This document shows, piece by piece, positions 1 to 9,205 of a stretch of DNA of 64,000 nucleotides. Each line of letters starts with the position of its first letter. The first letter of the stretch is position 1. Origin of the DNA: an uncultured Planctomycetaceae bacterium (GTDB lineage Bacteria > Planctomycetota > Planctomycetia > Planctomycetales > Planctomycetaceae). The notes beneath the pieces were generated by a model. The model did no database searches. It was not told where the DNA came from and saw nothing but the letters and a program-made list of their open reading frames with translations. A program made the position numbers and the translations under genes. Location of the stretch: contig CAWGRX010000009.1 of NCBI GenBank assembly GCA_963825075.1, positions 152,188 to 216,187 on the forward strand. The letters run 5' to 3'.

Positions 1-2089
1 GGCGGACCGGGGCCGGTTTTTGATGGCGAAAGCCGAGTATCAATTGCGGAGATTGGTCCAAAGAACCGGGGATCAATCCCAACTTGGCGAGGCGGCGGAC
101 CTTTTGGAATCGGCCGAGGCTTTGGTGAACCTCGATAATGCCGGGGCATTGCCTTGGCCGCGAAATCCCAATCACACGATCTCGGCGGGAAGTTTTGCCT
201 CGCGGTTGGTGAAGCGTCTCCGCGAGCATTTGGAACCCGGAGAGCTTGCCCGCATCACCCGGCAAGTCGAAGACGACTGCGTGAAAGTTCTTGCGAGCGG
301 CGACCGCAAACGCATGCAGCGGTTCTTGACGCTTTATGAAAGCTGGCCGCAATCGGCGAGCGTTCGGCAGCGATTGGCCGAGTTGGCGCGAGAGGCAGGC
401 GAATTTCAGCGGGCGGAATTTCTGTGGCTCAAAAATCGCGAAAGCCGGGATTTGATCGTCCGGGCCGAGGCCACGCGGGACCTGATGGAACTTTGGAACC
501 AACGGGGCCTCTATTCCGAAGCGGCCGAACTTGCGAAGGAATTGATCTCGCCAAAGTTCCGCGACTTGCCGCTCAAAGACGGCAACACGGCGGCCGAATC
601 CATCGCACAATTGCCCCAGCAGAGCATGTTGGCCCGGGCGATCCGCCGCCGCCAATTGCCCTTGAAGAAGCCGAGCCGGGTGGCGATCCGCGAGGAACGT
701 TGGATCCCGATCGAGGAGGAATTGGTCCAAGCTTTCGGCCAATATCGGCGGGAGTTCTCGCTGGAGCCGGGCAACTCGTTTCAGCTTTTGGACAAGGGCT
801 GGGTTGATGAGTCGGGCGAGGAAGCCGAGACCCGTGTGGCGGTCATCGACCGCTCGGCCGGTTTGATCGCGGGCAAAGTCCGCGTGCCTTTGCGGAACTC
901 CTATCCTTCGCTGTCCAAGGGAGCGCACGTCGGGCACTTCTTCCCGGTGGGCAGCATCAATCACATGACCGGCGTTTCGCTCTTGGAAATCGCCGACGAG
1001 AAGCCGCTCTGGAAAACTAGGCTCGGCGACGGTGCTAGTCATCAGCACATCCTGCGGGTGGGGCCGGCGGGGCCAGGCTTCTGCGCATTTCAAGGACAAC
1101 AGGAACTGATTGTGCTCGATCCCGCCAGCGGGCGAACGCTTTGGCAGCGGAGCGACATCGACCCTTCCAGCGGCCTCGTCAGCGATCCTTATGCCGGTCT
1201 GTTCGGCGATGAGGACGTCCTCGTCTTGTTCGCGGCCGACCGCTCGTCTTATACCGTCTTCCAAACCGACACCGGCGAGGAACTTTACCACGGGGAATTG
1301 AACATCGACACCGGGCAGATTCGGCGAATTTTCGGCCGCAAGCTGTTTTACATCTGTGATACTCCCGCAGGCCGGCGGATGCGGATTTGGGACTTCGGCG
1401 AGAATAAACTCGTATTCGACCAGCCCGCCGGCCCAAGAATCTACACGGCCCTCACGCCGGAGCATGAACTCGTCGTGCTCATCCCGCCCGTTGCGGGCGG
1501 CAAGGCGGATGAAGACGGCGACCGGCCCAGCCGATTGCAGATTCTCGACGTTGTCCGGCGATCGGATGCTGCTCGATCTTGAGGTCGACCGCGGAGGATC
1601 TTGATCAACCTCAACTACGTGCGCGCGTTTCGGGTTGGCGAACTGTTTTATGTGAACTTCCAGCGTTCGGTGCAGATGCCGGTGGAGCGGCTTTTCAGCT
1701 ACTACGCCAGCGATGCGTTTCCGCCCGTGGAAAACATCCAAGGCGATCTGTTGGCGGTGGAACCCGCGAGCGGCAAGGTGGTATGGAAGCGAATGCTGCC
1801 CCAGCGGTCGGTGCTGCGGATGCCTCATCTCCGGCTGCCGTTTTTGGTGATGATCAGCCGCGTCCGCGATCGCTGGCAAGGCGGCAAGCAGGGTCTGTTG
1901 GTGGAAGTGATCGACGCCCAAACCGGCGAGACGATCGCCGAGAAAGACAACAACCTCTCCGACCGCATCGTGCACCTCGCCTACGATGAAGAGAAAGGCA
2001 CCTTAGACCTCCACGGCCTCAAAACCCGCATCCGGTTAAACTTCGGCGCGGATGTGGCGAAGATCCCGACAGGGGACGAGCCGCTTTGA
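1..2089 (+). CDS. PQQ-like beta-propeller repeat protein, 5'-partial at window edge, interrupted by in-frame TGA at 1580-1582 (ORFs 20..1582 and 1601..2089 are in the same frame)
   Basis: Both pieces show propeller-blade motifs (PLWKTRLGD, TLWQRSDID, GKVVWKRMLPQ). The reading frame is open upstream to position 2. The stop at 1580-1582 splits one apparent gene. Confidence 0.5.
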
Positions 2090-2104
2090 TTTAAGGGCTG
2101 ATAT

Positions 2105-4132
2105 TCACTCGGCTACGGCGGGCAGAGATGCGCGGCCGGCGATTTCCGCCATCAATTTGAAGCGCACCGGCAAGCTGTCGATTTGACTCGCAACTCCCAA
2201 AGCTCGTTCCAACTCCTCCCGGTCAATCAGGCCCCGGACTAAGACGGTCAACACGGGTTCCCGATCCGCTGTCGCCACTGAATGGGCCAAGTTCCACAAC
2301 AGCGAAACTCCTTCGCGGCTGCGAACCTTAAGCGGCAATTCGAAACCGCCGTTGTGCAGCCAGTCCACCGCGACCCGAGCGGCCGGGGAAGTTTTCTCAG
2401 GCAAGCCGCTCTTTTGCGTTCGTTGGGATTTATCGGCTTTGGGATTCCAAAGCAACTTAAGCGCTTCGGCAAAATCCGTGAGCGCCAGTGAGTGGGCAAT
2501 GCCAGAGACGACCAGTTCATCCCCCTTCGCCTGCTCGGCCATGCGGTGATAGAGTTCCGCCTTCTTCTTGTCGGTGAGCGACGAGTATTCGATGCGCTCC
2601 AGGGTCTGGCTGGGATCGTTCCCCTCGCGTTTCCAGAATCCTTTATTGGCCGGGGTCGGATCAAGTTCCGTGGCGAGGGCTTTTTCCTGCTCCTCCAAGG
2701 GGAATTTGAAAATGTCAAATGTCGGAAATCCGCGGTCGTGTATGGGTTCCGGCAGCTGTTTCAGACGCTCAAGCAGAATCCACCACTCCCGCCGAAGGTC
2801 ATCGAGCGGCTCATCCATGTCGGCCGCCACGTCGAGCAAGAAATGGTACGCCAACCATTTCGTCGAATCGTCCTGGATCTCTGACGCCAGTTCTGTGAGA
2901 GTTTTCAGCCACCTCCGAGCCGTTTTGTGAGGAATGAAATTGCTCGGAAATCGGAATCGGAGCGTGGAAGCGACTTCGACAACGCATTTCGCGCGGAGCA
3001 TCGAACGCGGTTGGGATTTGAGCCAAGCCAACACACGACCGGGATCCGACTCATGGGCAGCCCGTCCGACGGCTTGCGGCAGGATCTCGATTAGCGGCCG
3101 ACGAAGGGCTTCGGCGGAGGCTTTCGCGCGGGAAACGAGCAGGGGCATGCTGATGTTGGCTAACAGGGACAATGGGTATTCCGTGGCCTGCTTCCGTTCG
3201 GCGATGCTTGGCAGGATATATTCGTCGAATAGGGATTTCGCTTGCTTTTCCGTGAGTTGGTCGTAGCCGCTGTGAATGATCCAAAGGGCTGACTTAGAGG
3301 GATTTTCAGTGCGGGGGAGCCAATTGATAGCTTCGTCGTTCAGATCCTTCGCCGCTTGCGGGGATTTCAACCGATGGGGGAGAATCCAACTGAGCCGGAT
3401 CAGCGTCGAAATGGCCTCCTCGGGGGTTTGGTGTTTCCTCAGAAGTTGGCTGATCTCCCTGGCATGCTCCGGGGCAAAACCCGCACAGGCTTCAGCGATC
3501 GCAACGGCGCAAGCGCCTCTAAAATAGGTCGTCCAGTCCAACGTGAGCACTTCTTCGAGCATCGGCCGAACTTGCTCGAACTTGACGGGGGCGGACTTGA
3601 TATAGCCCAAAATCGCTTTCGCGCGACTTTCGGACTCTTTGATCTTGGCTAACAAATTCAAAGCCAGTTTGGGATCGTCGGCGGCCAGACGGGGCACAAG
3701 ATCACCGAGGTACAGATCCTTCAAACGCTGGTCTTCGCTGCCCAAGGCGATTTGAACGGCAATCCGCGGTGCGTAAAGAATTAGGCTCTCGCGAGAGCCG
3801 ATGAGAGTTTGCGCATCGACATCATCGGCAATGTCCTTGAGGACATCCAAAACCGGCCGGTGCTGTTGAGAAGACAAGGACTTCAAGTCGTAGAGCAGCG
3901 ACGATAGCACCCGAAATCGCTCCTGCGGCTTTTCGATCCGCTGCGCGTAATTCGCGATTTCTTTCACCATTTCCTCAACCTTCACGGGCCGGGAGGGAAT
4001 CGGCGGAATTTTTTTAACCGGCGCATCGTCAGCGGTCGCGGTTCCTGCCACGAGCAGCAGGATGGTGGCCAGAGAGTTCCAGTGAAGCCCTTGAAACATG
4101 CTTGAATTCCCCCTCGTTTTTTCGGCGGTCAA
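2105..4132 (-). CDS. hypothetical secreted all-alpha protein (N-terminal signal peptide)
   Basis: 675-aa ORF. A hydrophobic signal-like segment LATILLLVAGTATA follows the first Met. No family recognised. Confidence 0.55.
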   Translation of the reverse strand: MTAEKTRGNSSMFQGLHWNSLATILLLVAGTATADDAPVKKIPPIPSRPVKVEEMVKEIANYAQRIEKPQERFRVLSSLLYDLKSLSSQQHRPVLDVLKDIADDVDAQTLIGSRESLILYAPRIAVQIALGSEDQRLKDLYLGDLVPRLAADDPKLALNLLAKIKESESRAKAILGYIKSAPVKFEQVRPMLEEVLTLDWTTYFRGACAVAIAEACAGFAPEHAREISQLLRKHQTPEEAISTLIRLSWILPHRLKSPQAAKDLNDEAINWLPRTENPSKSALWIIHSGYDQLTEKQAKSLFDEYILPSIAERKQATEYPLSLLANISMPLLVSRAKASAEALRRPLIEILPQAVGRAAHESDPGRVLAWLKSQPRSMLRAKCVVEVASTLRFRFPSNFIPHKTARRWLKTLTELASEIQDDSTKWLAYHFLLDVAADMDEPLDDLRREWWILLERLKQLPEPIHDRGFPTFDIFKFPLEEQEKALATELDPTPANKGFWKREGNDPSQTLERIEYSSLTDKKKAELYHRMAEQAKGDELVVSGIAHSLALTDFAEALKLLWNPKADKSQRTQKSGLPEKTSPAARVAVDWLHNGGFELPLKVRSREGVSLLWNLAHSVATADREPVLTVLVRGLIDREELERALGVASQIDSLPVRFKLMAEIAGRASLPAVAE

Positions 4133-4216
4133 TCATTTCTCACAGCGACACCCTTACTTTGAGAATATGCAACCGATCGGAAAATGTGCGCACTGGGTAT
4201 CCGCGGCTATCGGCCT

Positions 4217-4741
4217 TCACCCTTCCAAATCTTCCGGTTCCATAACGGCGATGTAAGGCAGATGGCGGTAGTGGTCGTTGTAGTCGAGGCCGTAGCCGAC
4301 GACGAACGCATCCGGGATTTCGAAGCCCACGTAGTCGGGTTTTAAGGGGACTTTCGTGCGGGCGGTCTTCCAGAGCAGGACGCAGGTCCGCACGCTGGCG
4401 GCTTCGCTGTTTTGGATTTCTTGATACAGCGTTTGCAGCGTGGTTCCCGTGTCGAAGATGTCATCAACCAATAGCACGTGCCGGCCCGAAAGATTCGGGA
4501 CCAGATCAGTGTTCCACGAGAGCTTCCCCGGCGAGGTGGCGGCTCCGCGGTAACTCGATGCCTGGATCAAACCGACTCGGAGCGACAAATCCATCCTCCT
4601 AATCAAATCTGCCAAGAACACCAGGCTGCCGGTGAGCACGCCCAAGACGGTCACCGGCTGTTCCCGGTAATCGCCGGCAATCTCCGCTCCCAAACCATCC
4701 ACCCGCGCCTGAATTTCGGTCTCGCTCAATAAAGGCTTCAT
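4217..4741 (-). CDS. hpt: hypoxanthine(-guanine) phosphoribosyltransferase
   Basis: PRPP-binding motif VLLVDDIFDTGTTL. Length about 174 aa from the internal Met (MKPLLSETEIQARVDGL), typical of HGPRT. Confidence 0.85.
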   Translation of the reverse strand: MKPLLSETEIQARVDGLGAEIAGDYREQPVTVLGVLTGSLVFLADLIRRMDLSLRVGLIQASSYRGAATSPGKLSWNTDLVPNLSGRHVLLVDDIFDTGTTLQTLYQEIQNSEAASVRTCVLLWKTARTKVPLKPDYVGFEIPDAFVVGYGLDYNDHYRHLPYIAVMEPEDLEG

Positions 4742-5184
4742 CTGGGAAAACTCCGAAAAAATTCCGAGAAGCAAGAAATTCCCCGTAACCGGATCCCCGC
4801 GGCGGACAATATGGTGAAAAGAGGATTGTTGCCGCACGGAACGATGCTTGCAAACCCCGCGGGAAAATCGAAAAACTCATAAAGAAACAATCGTTGATGC
4901 TTGACTTTTTTACCCAGACTTCGTTCTTATAATGTCAAGCCAAAAGAGAGAAGAACCCCACGCCCCAAACACCGCCTACCTCCCCCCACTTTGCCCGCCC
5001 GTTGCGCTTTGAGAAAGACGACAATCATTGATCGATTTCGGATGATGTCAGCACCTGATTCACGGGTCTTTTGACCGCTTTGGCTCTGAAATAGAGCTGT
5101 TTTTCCCACAAACAACTTCGAACTTCCCGATTCGACCTTCGCTCAGTGGCGGGGGTGGGGAGTTCTTTTCCCGGAGGCATCTTG

Positions 5185-6484
5185 ATGGCTATGCGTACCT
5201 CTCGTCGTGATTTCCTGCATGTTGGCTTTGCGGGAGGGATTGGGCTTTCGCTGGCTCAATACTTCCAACTGCAAAAAGCTCAGGCGGACATTAAGCAGTA
5301 TGCCTCGAAAGAAGGCACCGCCAAGAATGTGATCTTCATTTACCTCCCCGGCGGGGCGGCTCATCAGGAAACGTGGGACCCGAAACCCTATGCCCCCATC
5401 GAATACCGCGGGCCGATGAACTCCATCGCCACCAATGTGGATGGCGTGCGGATCAACGAGAAACTGGTGCACACGGCGAAAGTTTGCGACAAGATTACCA
5501 TTTGCCGGTCGATGACCCACGGCGAAGCCGCCCATGAACGCGGCACGCATAACATGTTCACGGGTTACCGGCCCAGCCCGGCTTTGGATTTTCCCAGCAT
5601 GGGCAGCGTGGTCACGCACGAGTTCGGCCCGCGGAACAATTTGCCGCAGTATGTGTGCATTCCCAACCAGCCGAACCAATTCGCCGGCACCGGCTATTTG
5701 AGTTCCTCGTTCGCCCCGTTCAGCTTGGGTTCGGACCCGGCCAGCGGGAACTTCACCGTTCGGGACTTGAAACTGCCGGGCGGCGTGGATGACAGCCGCT
5801 TTGCCCGCCGGCGGAAAGTCCTCGATGCCGTCAACGATCATTTCGTATCGAAGGAAAAAGCCGATTCGCTGGACGCCGTGGATAGTTTTTATCAACGGGC
5901 CTATGCGATGGTCAGCTCGGAGAAAGCCCGCGAAGCGTTCAACATCAGGCGCCGAGCCGGACAAGCTTCGCGATGAATACGGCCGAAACACCGCCGGTGC
6001 CCGGATGCTTTTGGCCCGCCGGCTGGTGGAATCCGGCGCGCGGTTTGTGACGCTGACCTACGGAGGCTGGGACATGCACAACAACATCCAGAACAGCATC
6101 AACAGCCAACTGCCGGCCTTCGACCAGGCGTTTGCTTCGCTCATCCGCGACTTGGACCAGCGGGGCATCCTCAAGGACACTCTGGTGTGCGTGGCGTCCG
6201 AGTTCGGCCGGACGCCGAAGATCAACGGCACCGCCGGCCGCGACCACTGGCCCAAAGTGTTCAGCGTGGTGCTCGCCGGCGGCGGCGTCAAAGGCGGCTA
6301 CGTTTACGGGACCTCCGACGCCACCGCGACCGAACCCGAAAACGATCCGCTCACCGTCGTCGATTGGGCCACCACGATTTACCACTGCATCGGCATCGTC
6401 GCCGACAAGGAACTGATGGCCCCCGGCGATCGGCCGATTGAAATTGTCAACGGCGGCAAAGTCCGCAAGGACCTCTTAGTCTAA
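5185..6484 (+). CDS. DUF1501 domain protein (sulfatase-like fold), TAT signal, split by frameshift near 5950
   Basis: Twin-arginine motif SRRDFL. C-terminal DUF1501 hallmarks WDMHNN, ASEFGRTP, DHWP. ORFs 5146..5976 and 5789..6484 overlap in different frames. Confidence 0.8.
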
Positions 6485-6599
6485 ACGCAGCCCCCTTTGC
6501 ACCGCGGTTCGGCGTTCTGGTTTAGGAACACGAGCCGCGGTGATTGTGCTCTCACACTCGCCTCGATTTCCCGCCCCGCCCCTGCCCAGGAGGTCGGTT

Positions 6600-9053
6600 A
6601 TGACATCCCGCCTGTTTCGCTCGTTGTTCTTGACGTTCTTCCTCGGCAGTTTCGCGGCCCCGTTGTTCGCGTCGTCGCCTTCGCTGTCGCTGATTCTGCC
6701 TCGCGGCGTCCAGCGCGGCACCGAAGCCGAACTCACCTTCCGCGGTGCCCGCTTGGAAGATGCCGAGGAAATCTTTTTCTACCGCCCCGGCGTGACGGCC
6801 ACCAAGATCGAACCCGTCAATGCGAACGCCATTAAAGTGACGGTGAAAGTCGCTGCCGACTGCCGACTGGGGGAGCACATCGCCCAGGTCCGCACGAAGA
6901 GCGGAATCTCCGACTATCGCACGTTCTACGTCGGAGCGCTCCCCGAGGTCGAAGAAAAAGAACCCAACAGCGATTTTGAAGAACCTCAAGCCCTCGAAAT
7001 GGGCCACACCGTGGCCGGCGTGGTGCAGAACGAAGACGTGGATTACTTCGTCGTCACTGCGAAAAAAGGGCAGCGGATCTCGGCGGAGATCGAAGCCATG
7101 CGGCTGGGCACGTACATGTTCGACCCCTACATCGCCATCCTCGACAGCAAGCGGTTCGAACTCGCCGCGAGCGACGATGCCCCGCTGGTCTATCAGGATT
7201 CCCTCGCGTCCGTCGTCGCCCCGGAAGATGGGAACTACATCATCGAAGTCCGCGAAAGCGCTTACGGGGGCAACGGCAACTGCCGGTATCGTCTTCACGT
7301 CGGCCACTTCCCCCGGCCCACAGCGGTTTATCCCGCGGGCGGGAAAGTCGGTGAAGAGACCCTAGTCAAATTCCTCGGCGACCCCACCGGCCCCAAAACC
7401 CAGAAATTCAAACTCCCCGCCCAAGTGGAGGAAAACTACGGCCTCCTCGCCAGCGATGACACGGGCGTTGCGCCTTCGGAAAACCCGTTCCGCTTGTTCC
7501 CACATGGGAATGTGTTGGAAGCGGAGCCGAACGATGATTTCAAGACCCCGACCCCGGCGGAGTTGCCGTTGGCGTTTAACGGGATCATCGAAAAGGCCGA
7601 CGATGTGGACTGCTTCAAGTTCACCGCCAAGAAGGGGCAGACCTACGAAGTGGAATGCTACGCCCGGCGGATTCGATCTGCTCTCGATCCGGTGGTGAAT
7701 CTGTATTATGCCAATGGGAAACGGATCACCGGCAACGATGATTCCCGCGGGCCGGACAGTTATTTCCGTTTCGGCGTGCCGGCCGACGGGGAATACATCC
7801 TGCGGATCAACGACCATCTCGGCCGGGGCGGGGCGGACTTTGTGTACCGCGTGGAGTTCACGCCTGTTGAGCCGCAGTTGACGTTGAGCATTCCCCGCGT
7901 GGCGCGGTATTCGCAAGATCGGCAGACGATCTATGTGCCCAAAGGCAATCGCTTTGCCACGTTGATCTCGGCGAGCCGGCAGAACTTCGGCGGCGAGTTG
8001 GTGCTGGATGGGAAAGATCTGCCCGCGGGCATCACCATGCACGCCCAGCCGATGCCCTCCAACATGAGCCTGATGCCGGTGGTGTTTGAAGCCAAGGCCG
8101 ACGCCCCACTGTCCGGCAAACTGGTGGATTTCACCGCACATTTGGCGGACGAGAAGCGACAAGTCAGCGGCCGGTTCACCAACACCGCCGACATGGTCCG
8201 CGGCGCTCCGGGGCAGTCGATCTATTGGAAAACCGACGTGGATCGGCTGGCGTTCGCCATCGTGGACGAGTTGCCGTTCCACTTGGAAATCGTGGAACCC
8301 AAGGTGCCCATCGTCCGCAACGGGTCGATGCAACTCAAGATCGTGGTCCATAAGAAAGCGGGTTGGGACGAAGCGATTCGCGTGGAATTTCCCTTTCGTC
8401 CGCCGGGCATCGGCGCGGGCAGCCGGATCGATATTCCCAAAGGCAAAAGCGAAGCGTTTTATCCGCTGAACGCCAACGGGAACGCGGCCCTCGGCAAATG
8501 GCCGGTGTATGCCATCGGCCAGGCGAACGTGGGCGGTGCCGCTTGGGTGGCATCGCAACTCGCGACGCTGGAAATCGCCGAGCCTTATGTGCAGCTCGCG
8601 ATGGACCGCTCGGCGGTCGAGCAGGGCAAGCCCACGGAGATCTTCTGCAAGATCACCACGAACACGCCGTTTGAAGGACAAGCCAAGGTCAAGCTCCTCG
8701 GCCTGCCCAACAAGGTGACCGCACCGGAAATGGACTTCAACAAGGACACGAAAGAATTGGTCTTCAAGGTCACAACCGACGCGAGCAGTCCACCGGGCCG
8801 GCACAAGAATGTGTTCGCCCAGGTCGTCATTCCGCAGAACGATGAGCAGATCGTGCATGCCCGCGTGGGGACGACGGAACTGCGGATCGACAAACCGCTG
8901 CCACCGCCGAAGGATGCTCCGAAGCCCGAAGCGAAACCGAAAACGGTCGCGAAAAAAGAAGAACCCAAGAAAGAGGCCCCGCGCCGCTTGACCCGGTTGG
9001 AACAACTCCGGCTGGAAGCCAAAAAGCGAGCCGAAGCAGCCGGCACGAATTGA
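6600..9053 (+). CDS. secreted protein with tandem pre-peptidase C-terminal (PPC)-like domains and a Lys/Pro-rich C-terminal tail
   Basis: Signal peptide MTSRLFRSLFLTFFLGSFAAPLFA. Two PPC-like modules (EPNSDFEEP...DVDYFVVTAKKGQ...YRLHV and EPNDDFKTP...DVDCFKFTAKKGQ...YRV). Tail sequence KPLPPPKDAPKPEAKPK. Confidence 0.7.
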   Translation: MTSRLFRSLFLTFFLGSFAAPLFASSPSLSLILPRGVQRGTEAELTFRGARLEDAEEIFFYRPGVTATKIEPVNANAIKVTVKVAADCRLGEHIAQVRTKSGISDYRTFYVGALPEVEEKEPNSDFEEPQALEMGHTVAGVVQNEDVDYFVVTAKKGQRISAEIEAMRLGTYMFDPYIAILDSKRFELAASDDAPLVYQDSLASVVAPEDGNYIIEVRESAYGGNGNCRYRLHVGHFPRPTAVYPAGGKVGEETLVKFLGDPTGPKTQKFKLPAQVEENYGLLASDDTGVAPSENPFRLFPHGNVLEAEPNDDFKTPTPAELPLAFNGIIEKADDVDCFKFTAKKGQTYEVECYARRIRSALDPVVNLYYANGKRITGNDDSRGPDSYFRFGVPADGEYILRINDHLGRGGADFVYRVEFTPVEPQLTLSIPRVARYSQDRQTIYVPKGNRFATLISASRQNFGGELVLDGKDLPAGITMHAQPMPSNMSLMPVVFEAKADAPLSGKLVDFTAHLADEKRQVSGRFTNTADMVRGAPGQSIYWKTDVDRLAFAIVDELPFHLEIVEPKVPIVRNGSMQLKIVVHKKAGWDEAIRVEFPFRPPGIGAGSRIDIPKGKSEAFYPLNANGNAALGKWPVYAIGQANVGGAAWVASQLATLEIAEPYVQLAMDRSAVEQGKPTEIFCKITTNTPFEGQAKVKLLGLPNKVTAPEMDFNKDTKELVFKVTTDASSPPGRHKNVFAQVVIPQNDEQIVHARVGTTELRIDKPLPPPKDAPKPEAKPKTVAKKEEPKKEAPRRLTRLEQLRLEAKKRAEAAGTN

Positions 9054-9061
9054 GAATTCAT

Positions 9062-9125
9062 TAGCCGCAGGGGGGCACCGCCCGCAGGGTGGTCCGCCCC
9101 GGTTCATCGGAATAACCGGACGCTC
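9062..9125. repeat. REP-like palindromic repeat, copy 1
   Basis: tagccgcaggggggcaccgcccgcagggtggtccgccccggttcatcgg...aaccggacgct. It nearly matches the sequence at 32618..32701. Internal inverted symmetry GGGGC...GCCCC. Confidence 0.5.
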
Positions 9126-9205
9126 GAACCTAAACGTCAGTCACACAGCAAATTAAACCTTTCCCAGTTTTTTGGGTGCGTTGGATACACAAGGGATGAC
9201 TCAAC

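Noticed and set aside
1580-1582. In-frame TGA in the propeller gene as a possible selenocysteine codon
   Set aside because: No SECIS-like hairpin immediately downstream and no selenoprotein family context. A stop mutation or error is more plausible given the many other lesions.
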